A stretch of DNA of 63,956 nucleotides, counting the filler, from Chiloscyllium plagiosum (taxonomy: Eukaryota), in NCBI RefSeq assembly GCF_004010195.1. It is 3 parts of one record of this genome, joined end to end, with 100 filler letters (N's around TTAATTAATTAA, not from the genome) between each part and the next. Parts side by side here need not be neighbours in the genome. Positions count along the whole stretch, not along the records: positions 26,021 to 52,849 come from NC_057711.1; 2 more parts are not named here. One strand, 5' to 3'. Shown here piece by piece: positions 38,334 through 51,364 of this stretch. The position numbers and the translations under genes were made by a program. How positions within the stretch are numbered: the stretch's first letter is position 1; each line of letters starts with the position of its first letter. The notes under the pieces are model-generated. The model did not search any database, was not told the origin of the DNA, and saw nothing but the letters and a program-made list of their open reading frames with translations.

Positions 38334-38979
38334 ATATATGCATTCCCTGACATCACTATGACTCAGGACTGATAGTTACAAATTGGTTCTAACTGCATTC
38401 GTTCATGAAAGGACAGGTCATTTTATTTTATTGGAGGCAGTTCTGAGAAGATTCACTGGGATGATCTCTGGTCTGGAGGGATTGTCTAATGAGCAAAGAC
38501 AAAACAGTTGGGAGGCTACTCTCTGCAGTTTAGGAGAATGAGAGGTGATCTCATTGAAACATCCAGGATTCTTAAGGAGCTCGACAGGGTCAATGCTGAG
38601 AGAATATTTCCCCTCATGGGAGAGACTGGGACCAGAGGACAGTCTCAGTATAAGGCAGTGCCAATTTAAGACCGACATGGGCAGAAGTTCTTCTCTGAAG
38701 GTTATGAGCCTTTGGACTCCTTGCTACAGAAAGATGTGGAGGTAATATCTTTGTGTATATTTAAGGCTGAGATAGATTCTTGACCAGTAGAGGGGGGGTT
38801 ACTGGGATAAGGCAGGAAAGTGGATATGAGGAATGATGGATCAGCCATGATCTAATTGAATGGCGGAGCAGGTATGAGGGGCCGAATGGTCTATTCCTAC
38901 CCTTTCATGAACGAATGCAGTTAGAACCAATTTGTAACTATCAGTCCTGAGTCATAGTGATGTCAGGGAATGCATATAT
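38334..38979. repeat. Perfect 79-bp inverted repeat, arms 488 bp apart
   Basis: 38334-38412 is the exact reverse complement of 38901-38979. Confidence 0.97.
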
Positions 38980-38993
38980 TCCTATTCATATGG
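38425..38993 (+). mobile_element. Old CR1 3' fragment downstream of the slc1a1 stop
   Basis: gagaatgagaggtgatctcattgaaac and gaatggcggagcagg...gccgaatggtctattcc tail. Confidence 0.85.
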
Positions 38994-39600
38994 TCGAAGG
39001 TAGTGTTATAAAAATAGAATAATATTTGACATAAGTTCCCTCATTAATTCTTCTACTTTGCCACTTTAAGTTTTGGAGATAGTTTGGTTGAAAGCACTGT
39101 CATTGTGGTGACAGATTGGGGGAAACCTCAAAGAAATTCATCTCCCATTTGTTGTGTCTAATATAAATAAAAATTTCTGAAATATCTAATTCATTCATGA
39201 TTTTTCAATGCCACTGATCATGGCGCATGATATATATGGCTACATATTAATCAGAATGCACAGATTTTCCAACTAGACATTGGCAGATGATGTTCTGATA
39301 TTTAGTTGGTGATTATATGTAGTTATAATGTTATTGGCTGCATACAATGGGTTTACTGGCATCTTCCAAAACTTAGATTGCCACTGTACTTGTCTAAATA
39401 TACATGTCCCATATATTGCAGGGTCTGCGTTTGTTACTGTTACTATCACATTGTTGCTCCAAGTATAAAAAAGGAGCTAAAACCTTGTTTGGTGAAGTTG
39501 AACTAGTATTGTCAATGATCTCAGCTGGTGAGATCTGCATTCATTTTTGGAATTATATTTGTGAGTATATTACTTCTTCTGAATCTTGTTTTTGTGATTG

Positions 39601-39928
39601 AGTGGCCCTGGTGGTTAGCACTGCTGTCTCACAGCGCCAGGGACCCAGGTTCAATTCCCGCCTCCGACAATTGTCTGTGTGGAGTTTGCATATTCTCCCA
39701 TGACTGTGTGGGTTTCCTCTGGATGCTCTGGTTTCCTCCCACAGTCCAAGATGTGCAGGTTAGGTAGATTGACCATACTAAATTGCCTGTAGTGTTAGGT
39801 GCATTAGTCAGGGGTGAATGTATGGGAATGGTCTGGGTGGGTTACTCTTTGGTGGGTCGGTATGGACTTGTTGGGCTAAAGGGCCTGTTTCCATATTGTA
39901 GGGAATCTAATCTAATCTAATCTAATCT
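39601..39928 (+). mobile_element. HE1 SINE
   Basis: V-domain and (tctaa)4 tail; tgattg repeated on both sides. Confidence 0.9.
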
Positions 39929-40079
39929 TGATTGCCCAATCTCAACTTGGACATTATAAGGCAACCCAGATTTGAGTGCTGGCAACTGAATGGCAAGGAG
40001 TTGACCTTGATTTTACTGGACATAATTGTGCAGTGCACCAAAAATTCATCTAATATCAATCTATGTAAAGCTGAAAGTA

Positions 40080-40500
40080 CTTATAATGTTAGGCAGCATT
40101 CGTGGAGAGACAAAGAGAAGTAGTGGTTCAGGTTCACTCACATTTCATCCGAACAGGATCTCATGGAGATGTTGCCTGCAACAAGTGCGTGCAGTGGTCA
40201 TGACTCAATGTCGAGTCTAAGTGATTGGTGAAGAAGAGTGAGGTGTTATTCTTCAAACTTCGTTACCACGTCATGTAACAGTGTATGAGGCAGAACAAGC
40301 AAGGAGGGAATGGTCCGGAGAATTAAAATGATGGGCAAGTGGGAAACTTAGGACCATGCCAATGAATCAGACAGAGTCTTTAACAAATTGATCACCCAAG
40401 TTAGTCTTGATCTTCGCCGATGGGAATGAGACAGCACAATTTTCAGGGAATACACAGTTTATTAAATTGAAAGAAATATGTGTAAATAGCTTAATACCTA
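40080..40500 (-). mobile_element. Very old PLE GIY-YIG relic
   Basis: aagaagagtgaggtgttattcttcaaactt resembles the reverse complement of the LEEERLIF region. Confidence 0.4.
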
Positions 40501-41624
40501 GAGAGAGTTTGGAGCCCCAGATAATGGGAAGCAATGAGGTAAGAAGGCTGCTCACCTGAAATATTGTTCATGTTTTCTTCTCTGCACATATTATGTACAA
40601 TTTGCAGAGTTTTTCCAGCATTTCCTGTTTCTGTTGCCGATTTTTAGAATTTTCAGTATTTTTGCTGGGTTGGCTTTATTTTCATTACTTGCATCCTTTT
40701 GGACTCTTATTCACTTATCTTAATCATGTTCTCTTACTGTCATTATCTACTTGTTTCTCAAGAGAGTTAATCTTTTATTTAGCATTGAAATTTGTTGATG
40801 TTCTCGTTGGAAACATGAGTAGTGCTGAAGTTAAGGAGCATTTTGACTTGATTTCAATTTTCATATTTTACATATTGAGCACTGTCATGTTTCTTTACAC
40901 AAAATGGAACTTTCTGCACAGTTCTCATGGCAAAGTGGTAATATCCTTACTTCTGAGCCAGGAGGTCTGGGTCTAAGTGCCAGAGATGTTTAATGACAGG
41001 TTGATTAGAAAAATATATCTAAAACTTTATGCACGTACAAGATGCATGTTCAAAATCTTCCAGAGGTATCTACTCAGTAAAACTCAAAACAGAAACCAAT
41101 AAAGAACATCACTCAGAGCCAGTATAAAATTAGACACTGGCAGAAAACTGTTGGCAATGCCTTTAAACATCTGAAGGAATTGTCCCAACATAATTTTGAT
41201 CGAGCACATTTTTCTATTTTGAAAACATAAGTCAAAAAATTTGTCTTGTGCTCCAAACAGATATAAAGTTGCCATAGTAATGGTTCCACCTTTGGGTCCA
41301 TACTCGCCTGGAACCAGAGCCAAATCTGGAGGTGGGTCGCATTTAAGTGCCACTGAAGAATCATGTGTGCTCCAATACTGATGGTGATTTCAGAGGGTGG
41401 GGATTGGACTGGTTTCCATGTAGTGCCAATCAGCAAGTTGGGTTGAGGGGAGGGGTAATCCTTGGAAGGACCTCGAGTGACATGGATAGGAATTATTATG
41501 ACCCCAGGAGAAACAACCTGTACCACAAATGTAAAAATGTTAACAGATTCTTTGTTATATTTATCAATGACTACCAATAGGTCATTGGGTCCCACAGAGC
41601 CTTAATCTGTTTATTCAAGCAGAA

Positions 41625-41910
41625 ATGGCAGTTGTGCCTCAGTGAATTACACTCTGAATCACAAGGTTGTACTCCAGGCTTTAAGCACATGCAGCAAGGC
41701 TGATACTCCAGTGCAGCACTGAGGGAGTGCTGTACTGCAAGAGGTGCTCACTTTCCAATAAGACATTTGCCCATTCACATGGATTTAAAAGTTTCCATGT
41801 CTCTATCTTTAAGAAGACCAAGGAGGTAATCCTGGGTGTCCTAGCCAGTGGTGATCCCTTAATCAACATTACCAAAAATAACAGCTTACCTGCTCATTAT
41901 CACATATTGT
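41625..41910 (+). mobile_element. Deu-domain SINE (SacSINE1/AmnSINE1-like)
   Basis: ggctgatactccagtgcagcactgagggagtgctg ... gtgtcctagcca ... tcattatcacat matches the Deu-SINE consensus as recalled. Confidence 0.75.
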
Positions 41911-43060
41911 CCAGGGATGTGTAGGTTAGGTGGATTAGCTGTGGGGTTGGCAGGGTTACAGGGATAGGGTAGGGGGTGAGTCTTGGTGGGATGCTCTTTG
42001 GAGAGTTGGGCCAAATGGTCTATTTCCACACTGTGGGATTCTAGGATTCTACAATAGACCCTTTAATTCTAGGGAAAAAGCTGATTTGGACCTGGTTCTA
42101 ACATTGTCAGAGTGCATTCTCAGAACTGGCAGTGCAACTCTCATTGACAGGTTTTGTTTTGTTGCCCAGAGGCATTAACACCATCTGTAGCACTCTGCCA
42201 CCAACTGACCCACTGGAGCAGTTCAGTTACCTCGTCAAAGACCAAGGATCGAGACTGGAAAGTTTCTGATTCTTATTTTTTATGAACATTTATGGCATAT
42301 CCATCCAGTTTTCTACATTGCATACCCCATCCATGCAAATTTTATACTTTGTAACAGATTTATTTGCATTTTATATGTTATCATGAACACAACATCAATG
42401 TTATTTATTTTGGACCTCTCTTCAAAATTCTAGAGGGAATGGCAATGCTTTAAATTGTTGACTAGACATCAAACAGTCTGAGTTCTTTCCATTTCCAATG
42501 TGAAGGAATACATCATTGGCATTAACAACTAGAAGGAGGACAATTCGGGTACAAGATAGTCCCACATGGGACTGGGTCGGCTGCTCAGCAATTTGTAGTA
42601 GTTAGGGGCTGTTTAAGATCAGGATATCTGAGGGTTACACAGCAGCACTGAGTTGAGGCTGATGACAGCAAGATTTAATCTGGAGGAGCAGCTTCACCTC
42701 GGCTTAGAAGTTGAAGCCCTACTTAAGAGAGAGGCCAAATTTCACAAGAGTCACATATATATTATGAGACCTTGATTTGTATTCACGAATAATGTTCCTG
42801 CTTGAATCTATCTGGAATCTTACCTATCACCAAAACCAACTGTGGTAATATTGCAGATGAGTGGGAGATAAAGTTCCTCCATTTTTAATATCGTCCTATT
42901 CCTTTCGACAAATTGAAGAGTTAAAATTGTCTTGTCAATTGTACATAAACACTTCCAATCATACTTTCAATTAACCCATTTTAATAATGCATATTCAAAA
43001 CATGCAAAGTTCAATGAATAGATTTAACATTGCAGAGGCTTCTGTGTAAAAGAAAATTTA

Positions 43061-43734
43061 AATAAATTTTACAAATGCAAAAGTGACATTTTCTTTTGAA
43101 CCTTGGAATATTTTTATGGTAGCTAAAAGTATTGATTTTTGATAAAATAGCTAAGTCAGGGTGTATTGTATTAATTGTAGAAACCAAATTAATGTATATT
43201 AATAACCAATATTAATGTAGATGTATCACTAGAATAGGAATATATGTACAGTTAACTTAGAGGTAACGATACCTGCAAATATCTGCATGAATCCACAATC
43301 GAAAATATGACACACTTGATTTCTGGAAAAGCATTTCTGTTGTTACTGAATCTCTGTGGAAAAAAAATGTGTATCTGCTCTTTACCCCACTTCTGAACGT
43401 TACCCAAATTTGGTATAAACAGAGATTTGGTACAGGAAATGTTCAACCGTTGTGAATGGTCTGAGAAGACCAAACCAATGAAGCATTTGAAATAATTTGA
43501 AATAATATGTAAAATAAGATGTTCTTGAGGTTAAAGCAAAAAAAAATAATAAAGTGTAAACAATTTAAAGAAATGCAATAAAATTGTCTTAAAGTTACAA
43601 TAATAATACTATGGAATACAAATGGAAAAGAAAAGCAGATTTAAGGATTTAACTTCAATGGATTGATTGCTTTGTTGGAGCTGAGAACTGGGGAATCATC
43701 AATTTATTTGTAAATTTTGCTTCTGTTGAATAAA
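43061..43734 (+). promoter_or_regulatory. Cluster of candidate distal polyadenylation signals
   Basis: AATAAA at 43061, 43548, 43577 and 43729 in TE-poor AT-rich sequence; proximal AATAAA at 37887, 38302 and 39166. Confidence 0.3.
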
Positions 43735-44310
43735 GACCTTGCTGTATATCTGCGCAATGACTATTTGGGTCAATATGGACAATAATTTTCACACGCACAG
43801 ATGTAGATCACATATTTCCTCATCTTTATAATGTGGAAGAAGTATTAACTCCAGCTAGATCTTTAACTTTGAAGGTACAGCTCCGTAACATCATCTTGGT
43901 CTATAGATCAAGATCAATGAATTCCGAGAATTTGATGAAAGTTAACTTCAGTAATGCCTTATCCCCAAGCCTCAACCTTGCCTCTTCTACATGGTCATCC
44001 TTTTCCTCCTCATAATGTCAAAATCTAGGTGATGCATTAAAAGATCCATATCCAGTGTGCAAGCTGTTAATTTGAGCACAGCTGAGTCAACCGAAGGCTT
44101 GGTTCATCCCTCAAAAGAATGTGAAGGTGGATTGGCAAACATTCGTAAGTAACAAATGTCATGGCTATCTTTGCTTCATTGGATGCAACTCAAAGATAGC
44201 TAATAATAGAGCATCCTGCAACTATTATAGTGATGGTGAGAATGTGGAGAGGGTCTGGGATCTAAGCAGAAGAGAACAGGCCAGACAAGTTGCTTTGTTG
44301 GCCCGAGTAA

Positions 44311-44650
44311 AGAGGCAGTGGTGTAGTAGCAATGTCTCTGGACGAGTAATCCAGAACTACAGGCTAATATCCTGAGAACATGGATTTGAATCCCACCATG
44401 CCAAATAGTGACATTTGAATTAAAAATAAAAACTCTGGAACTAAAAGCTCGTCAAAAGCAATCAGTTTTATTGTTATGGACCCATCTGGTTCATTTCCCT
44501 TTAGGGAAGGAAATCTGTTGCCCTTATTCAGTCTGACCTACACGTGACTCCAGACCCACTGCGATGTGGTTGACTCTTAAATACACTCTGGTCAATTACT
44601 GATGGGTGATAAATGCTGCCCATTTCCCATGGACAAACCTTTAAAAATGT
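44311..44650 (+). mobile_element. tRNA-related SINE family B, near full length
   Basis: A-box tggtgtagtag, B-box ggatttgaatccc, core and ataaatgctg tail. Confidence 0.8.
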
Positions 44651-45484
44651 ATGTGTGGTGTAAGAAGTCTGTAACAGTAAAGGAAACTGGAGAGTTCTTT
44701 TCAAAAATGAGAATTCAGATCCAGTTTCTTTGTACCATACTAACCTTTAAGAATGCTATTTCCTGTGTTTACTGTGTAGGCATTTTGGGCATGGCATGAA
44801 TCAAGGGATATGGGAGTAGAGTGAGAAAGTGGAGTTGATGTAGAAGTTGGCGATGAGGTCCATGTATGGTGTTTTCCTGATCCTATTTCATTAAAAACAG
44901 ACAGCAACTTTGGGGAGAATTGAAGCCTAAATATCTGAAATGGTTAGACAAAATCATGGCAAGGTGTCAGGTGAGGACTGGCTTTGACCTCAAACAAAAC
45001 TGTTCAGATATTCAGCATTTATTTATTGAACTCCAAAGATCATCCTGAGAGGAGTTTACCTTTCTTTGCAGTCAATGTTATTCATACTTTGCTTAGTGGT
45101 TTCAAGGGGCCCCTTACTCTTCCTTTTTTTTTCCAGTCACAAGACTTCTATTCCCAGATAACATACCAAACACGTTCTCTTTTCCAAATGAGTTTATACT
45201 CAGGTTAAGTTCACTTTATACATGAGCACTAAATGCTCATGAAACCTAGAGACACAGAAATGAGGCAATTATCATATTGTGCTATTCTACTTTGGTAACT
45301 AAATAAACATTTATTCTATCTGGTTGAGAGTGACACACCTCATTAACCTGCACAAGCTACTTCAAAAATGGATAGATTCACTGAAATATACTTCATAACC
45401 CATTGACAAATTTAAAACAATACAGATACAGCTCATATATTCCAGCTCCTGTTTGGCTCATTGTTAAAGTTAATCATTAAATAC

Positions 45485-45812
45485 AGTCCCTGCAGTGTGG
45501 AAACAGGCCATTTCACCTATTATGTCCACACCAACCCTCTGAAGAGCAGCCCATCCAGACCCACCCCTCCACCCTTTAACCCTCTGTTCCCCATGGCTAA
45601 TCCACCTTACCTACACATCTCTAGACACTATGGGCAATTTAGCATAGCCAATCCACATGACCAGCACATTTTTGGGCTGTGGGAGGAAACCGGAGCAGCC
45701 AGAGAAAACCCACACAGACATGAGGAGAATGTGCAAAGTCCACATAGACAGTTGCCCGATGGCAGAATTGAATCTGTGAGGCAGTAGTGGCCTCACAGAG
45801 CCACCATGGCCC
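45485..45812 (-). mobile_element. HE1 SINE
   Basis: gggcaatttagcatagccaatcc...gaggaaaccggagc on the minus strand. Confidence 0.88.
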
Positions 45813-46659
45813 CCTAGGAAATACATTTTCCTGTAAGATATTGGGGTTTGATGGTTCTAATAGTCTCACATCGTGACATAAATGGGGAAGAGGCCCAAAG
45901 AATTGCATAAAAGATGGTGTCCTTAATATTCTTGGACTAATTTTTTTACCAGCTTCCTGCAGGTGGTGGAATAGAAATTTGTGATACCCCGGTAAATTTC
46001 TAGGCTTGGAATTGCCATGAATTAAAGGTTAGGAATGATCTTTTTACAGAGGTGATGGATGTAATTCGGAAGTCTTTGCTGCAAAATATTGTTAAAGCTG
46101 AGTTCAACAAAAAATATTTTTAAATGCAATTAGATAATTGTTTGAACAGGACAAATATGAGGCAGGTTCTTGTTGCTGTAGGGGAATGGCTGCGAGCTGC
46201 AGTCTCTGTAATGAATTAAGTTGCATTCCCAGCTGGAACACCAAGGTAACAAAAGGCCACAGCAGCAGCAGCAGAAAGGAATGGCCTTTGTAAACACTGA
46301 GATAAACTCTCCATTTCATACTTCAGTGCAACCAGCAGGTTTGCTTGAGAAGATGATTAATTGAATAAAGGAAGTTCCACACTATACCCCAATCTGCCAT
46401 CAAAGTATTATCCCTAAACATAGTGAGTCAACAAATTTAAAGAGCCAGTGTAAAATAGGATGGAACCATGCCAGGATCAGTTCCAGTATTATCACATTCC
46501 AGTAATGTCAAAAGCTTAAACGCACATACCAACAGCTTCTCCCTGCTGTTATTAGACTTTTGAATGAGCCTCTCAAATTTCAAAGCTAATGCTGATCCTG
46601 ATTTATGTACAGCTTCTTTGCAGCCATAATATCATATTGCTCGCTGTGCTCAGTCACCC

Positions 46660-47015
46660 ATGAGGACAAAGTGAGGACTGCGGATGCTGGAGATCAGAGT
46701 CGAGAGCGTGGTGCTGGAAAAGCACAGCAGGTCAGGCAGCATCCGAGGAGCAGGCGAATTGATGTTTTGAGCATGATGAAGAAATTATGCTTGAAACGTC
46801 GATTCTCCTGCTCCTCGGACACTGCCTGACCAGCTGTGCTTTTCCAGTACCACACTCTCGACTCAATTGTTCAATGATTCTGTTCTCAGGAAGGGTCACT
46901 GGATCTGAAACATTAACTTTGATTTCTCTTCACAGATGCTGCCAGACCTGCTGAGCTTTTCCAGCAACTTCTATTTTTGTTTCTGATTTACAGCTTCTGC
47001 AGTTCTTTCTGTTTT
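46660..47015. mobile_element. Adjacent PLE family A fold-back (46660-46865) and family B pLTR (46880-47015) mini elements
   Basis: gagtcgagagcgtggtgctggaaaagcacagc / gctgtgcttttccagtaccacactctcgactc arms; decayed hammerheads at ~46773-46800 and ~46884-46915. Confidence 0.8.
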
Positions 47016-47804
47016 TATCCAAAGATCTGCCTGTACTGCACACAAAACAAAACTTTTCGCTGGATTATAAATCAAATCACAAAAATTCTGCAGACTTGGC
47101 TATACTTAGAAATACCTCATGGCAGCATATAAAGGGTGGAGCTCTATTATTGTTGGAAGTCAGTATAAGCTAGAGCAGAATTGAATACAGCATATGCAGA
47201 TAATTTATTTGTTCACAATGCAATGATTCAGTTCCACTCCAGCACACTATAGGTCCCTTAAACACAGTGATTATGTGTGTAGGATGAGAAATGATCTTCA
47301 GACCATGCAAAACTACCCAATCTCTGTAATCTTCCCCACACACTGATATTCCTCATCTTGATGTAAAGGATAAACACTGACAAGATTCTTCTAACTGAAC
47401 CTGAATTTTTGTGGAATCGTAAAAGCGATGAGAATGCAGCCAAGGAACAGAAATAATGAAGATAATGAAGAGCAAAAAGAAAACATGAGAAAAAAAAACT
47501 CAATGTGTTTCAAAGCTAAATGCAAAAGATTTTACAAATAGATTCAAAGAAATTAACATAGGGCAATGTGGGCTCATTAAACACGGACACATTCAAAATT
47601 ATAATGGCTATTAAGAAAGTGTCAGAACCTGGAAAAGGCTTGATCCAGTCAAACATGGCTCTGGATGTAAATCTTTAGAGAGAGAGAGAGAGACCCAGGA
47701 AAGATCACAGCTGCGGATGTGGAGGGAACCCTAGAACTAAGTCCTTTCAAGGGATGGGGGAGTGGGGGAGAGGTGAGTCAAAACACCTGAACTGAATACA
47801 CTCA

Positions 47805-49215
47805 GGAGAAAATGAGGACTGCAGATGCTGGAGATCAAAGTCGAGACTGTGGTGCTGGAAAAGCACAGCAGGTCACGCAGCATCCGAGAAGCAGGAGAAT
47901 CGATGTTTCGGGCATAAGCTCTTCTTCAGGAATAAGGCTTGTGAGCAGAGGGTGTAGAGAGATAAATGGGAGGGGGTTGGGATTGGGAGTAAGGTAGCTG
48001 GGAATGTGATAGGTGATGGTGATAGGTTGGACAAGAGGGTGGAGTGGATAGATGGGAAGGAAGATGGATAGGTAGGACAGGTCATGAGGGCAGTGCCGAG
48101 TTAGAAGGTTGGATCTGGGATAAGGTGGAGGGAGGGGAAATGAGGAAACTGGTGATGTAGTGGAGGCGGAGGAATTGGGAGTAAGGGATAGCGTTTTTTC
48201 AGGAGGTAGGGTGGGAGGAGCTGTAATCCAGGTAGCTGTGGGAGTCAGTGGGTTTGTAGAAGATGTCTATGTCACTGTTGATGGAGATGGAGAGGTCCAG
48301 GAAGGGGAGGGAGGTGTCTGAGATGGTCCAGGTGAACTTAAGGTCAGGGTGAATGTGAGCATGAGGTGGTACTAATACAGTCATCAATGGAGCAGAGGAA
48401 AAGGTGGGGAGTGGTGCCGGTGTAACTGCGGAGGATGGACTGCTCCATGTACCCAACAAAGAGGTAGGCAAAGCTGGGTCTTACACGGGTGCCCATGGCT
48501 ACTCCTTTGGTCGGGAGGAATGGGAGGATTCAAAGGAGAAATTATTGAGGGTGAAGACCAGTTCAGCCAAACGAATGAGAGTGTCAGTGGAAGAGTACTG
48601 GTGGGGACATTGGGTGAGGAAGAAACGGAGGCACTGGTCATGGCGGATGGAGGTGTATGGGAATTGGATGTCCATGGTGAAGGTGAGGTGTTGGAGGAGG
48701 TGGTGGGCGTGGGTGGTGTCCCGAACGTAGGTGGGGAGTTCCTGAAGCTGGGGATAGGACAGTATTGAGGTAGGTGGGGCAGGAGCAGGCCGAGACGATG
48801 GATTGGCCTGGATAGTCAGGCTTGTGGATCTTGCGTAGGAGGTAGACCGGGCAGTGTAGGGCTCCCGGACTGTGAGATTGGAAGCTGTGGGTGGGAGATC
48901 CCCTGAGGTGCTGAAGTTGTGTACAGTCTGGGAGATGATGTGTTGGTGGTGGAAGGTGAGGTCATGGTGAAGGGAGTAGTCGGAGGAGGTGTCTGTGAGT
49001 TGGGACCTGGCTTCAGTGGTGCAGAGGTCAGTGTGCCTCCTGTAAAAATGCCATCCCTTATTCCCAATTTCTCCGCCTCTGCTGCACCACCAGTTTCCTC
49101 ATTTCCTCGCCCCCCACCTTATCCCAGATCCAACCTTCAAACTCGTCACCGCCGTCATGGCCTGTCCTACCTGTCCAACTTACTTCCCACCTATCTGCTC
49201 CACCCTCCTCGCCTG
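47805..49215 (-). mobile_element. PLE family A, internally deleted, with inverted terminal segment (~49040-49215); 13-bp TSD
   Basis: TSD ctgaa(t/c)acactca at 47792-47804 and 49216-49228; RT motifs FTWTISDTSLPFLDL, YKPTDSHSYLDY; hammerhead 47902-47929 minus. Confidence 0.88.
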
Positions 49216-49384
49216 CTGAACACACTCATGTGTACCGGCCTGTGTTTGCTAACTCAATAAAAACCTGGCAAATTGGCTCCTTTTCTTGATTTTGTTTTGA
49301 TTTATTGTAGTCTCATGTATGTAACTACAGTGAAAAGTTTTGTTTAGCGAGCATTACAGGGAGATCATAGCAAACAAGGAAATT

Positions 49385-49783
49385 CTCTCTGGAGAGAAGG
49401 AGGAAGAGAGGTGACCTGATCGAGGTATACAAGATAATGAGAGGCATGGATAGAGTCGATAGTCAGAGACTTTTCCCCAGGGCAGGACTGACTGGCACGG
49501 GGGGGGGTCATAGTTTTAAGATATTAAGAGGAAGGTATAGAGGAGAGGTCAGAGGTAGGTTCTTAATGCAGAGAGTTGTGAATGCATGGAATGCGTTGCC
49601 AGCGGTGGTGGTGGAAGCAGAGTCATTCAGGATATTTAAGCAACTGCTGGACATGCACATGGAGAGCAGTTGAATTGAGGGGTGCGTAGGTTAGGTTAAT
49701 TTATTTTAGATTAGGAATAATCCTCGGCACCACATTGTGGGCTCAAGGGCCTGTTCTGTGCCGTACTTTTCCATGTTTTATGT
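49385..49783 (+). mobile_element. CR1 3' fragment nested in a Rex/Babar-like 3' end (~49290-50120, minus)
   Basis: MRGMDRVDSQRLFP...QRVVNAWNALP; host carries gggaagaagctgttcttgaacctg. Confidence 0.8.
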
Positions 49784-49865
49784 TCAGATTACAGGGTGCT
49801 TAGACTCACAGGTTACAGCTGCACAGGAGGGGCATAAGGCAAGATCAACATTAACAAGATCAATA

Positions 49866-49991
49866 TTCCTGATGAAATGCATATGCTCAAAACATTGATT
49901 CTCCTGATACTTGGAAGCTCCCTGACCTGCTGTGCTTTTCCAGCACCACATTTTTTGACTGCTGTCCAGCACCTGCAGTCCTCACTTTCTC
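49866..49991 (+). mobile_element. PLE family A mini element starting at the hammerhead
   Basis: attcCTGATGA...ctgcagtcctcactttctc; caacatta repeated at 49846 and 49992. Confidence 0.8.
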
Positions 49992-50137
49992 CAACATTAT
50001 TTATAGTTAGAGAGGTCCATTCTGCAGTATAATAACATCAGGGAAGAAGCTGTTCTTGAACCTGTTGGTAGGGGGTTCTGAAGCTTATGTATCTTCTGCT
50101 TGACAGAAGAGGTTGGAAGAGAGTATTTAAAACATAA

Positions 50138-50219
50138 ATCGGGTGCTGCTTGACCTGCTTTTCCAGCATCACTCTAATCTTGATTCTAATCTCCAGCATC
50201 TGCAATACCCACCTATGCC
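50138..50219 (+). mobile_element. 82-bp PLE pLTR tail insertion, 14-bp TSD
   Basis: TSD tatttaaaacataa at 50124-50137 and 50220-50233. Confidence 0.8.
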
Positions 50220-50614
50220 TATTTAAAACATAAGCTCATTTGGATCTGGGAGAAAGGTATGGGGTGGGATCTATTTTTAGATTAACCCCACGTGTAAATA
50301 AACAAACAGACCCTCCTCACCAAAGGAGCTTAATGATTTTGAGCATTTTGTCTGGAACACCAACATATTGGGGGTTTCACTTACTGCCTGGGTGTAACAC
50401 TGTTAATGGAATGCTTTGTTATGACTCAGCCTGGAGGTGCGAACTCTCATTCTCATTCCACTAATCCATGGGTCACAGTATAAAATAGAAATGCTTTTTT
50501 TCTGGTCTCCAAGATAACCAGTTAAATCATGTTGATATCAGTTTTAAACACAGAAGATCAATCAGTCAGGTTTCTTAACAAACATAGTTATGGTTATATG
50601 ATCAACTTATTGCT

Positions 50615-51005
50615 AGGGTTTTTCTCATTGGAGTGAAGAAGGGTGGAGGTGACTTGATAGAGGTGTACAAGGTGATGAGAGGCATAGATAAAGTGGATAG
50701 CCAGAGACTTTTTCCCAGGGCTGAAATGGCTATCATGAGAGGGCATAATTTTAAGGCGATTAGAGGAAGGTTTAGGGGAGATGTCAGAGGTAGGTTCTTA
50801 ACTCAGTGGTGTGGAATGCACTGCCAGCAGTGATGGTGGAGTCAGATACATTAGGGACATTTAAGTGACTCTTGGGTAGGCCCATAGATGATAGTAAAAT
50901 AAAGGATATGTAGGTTAATCTGATCTTGAAGTAGGATAAAAAAGTTAGCAGAACATCGAGGGCTGAGGGGCCTGTACTGTGCTGTGCTGTTCCAAGTTTT
51001 ATGTC
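50615..51005 (+). mobile_element. CR1 3' fragment
   Basis: GDLIEVYKVMRGIDKVDSQRLFP plus gggcctgtactgtgctg tail. Confidence 0.88.
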
Positions 51006-51364
51006 CTTATTCAATAGAGCTTCAACAATTGGCTCACATACAGAATCCGGATCATACATTTATAAATGCTTTTCCCTATAAATATCCCTAAAATACACAG
51101 ACACGCTTATCCACATCTTCAGGCAAAGGGCGAAATTGGCTTCCTGGGAAAGACAAGTCGCATGGCAATGGGCTATCCTTGAAGACAAAGACATGAACTG
51201 TAGACTGTTCTGAAGTCTGCTGTTCTGATGTTCTCACATATGTGTACAAATCTGTAATCAGGCACATTCGTCTCTGAAATTTTGTGGACATGATTTGCTC
51301 AGGAAATACAATCTAGAGATGTTATTTCAATCACTCTTTCACAAGGACCAATACGTTTCACCCT

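Noticed and set aside
51030..51090. Possible small minus-strand exon (ttttag|GGATATTTATAGG...) of a downstream gene such as spata6l
   Set aside because: Splice-like sites exist but no recognisable peptide, and two of three frames are closed
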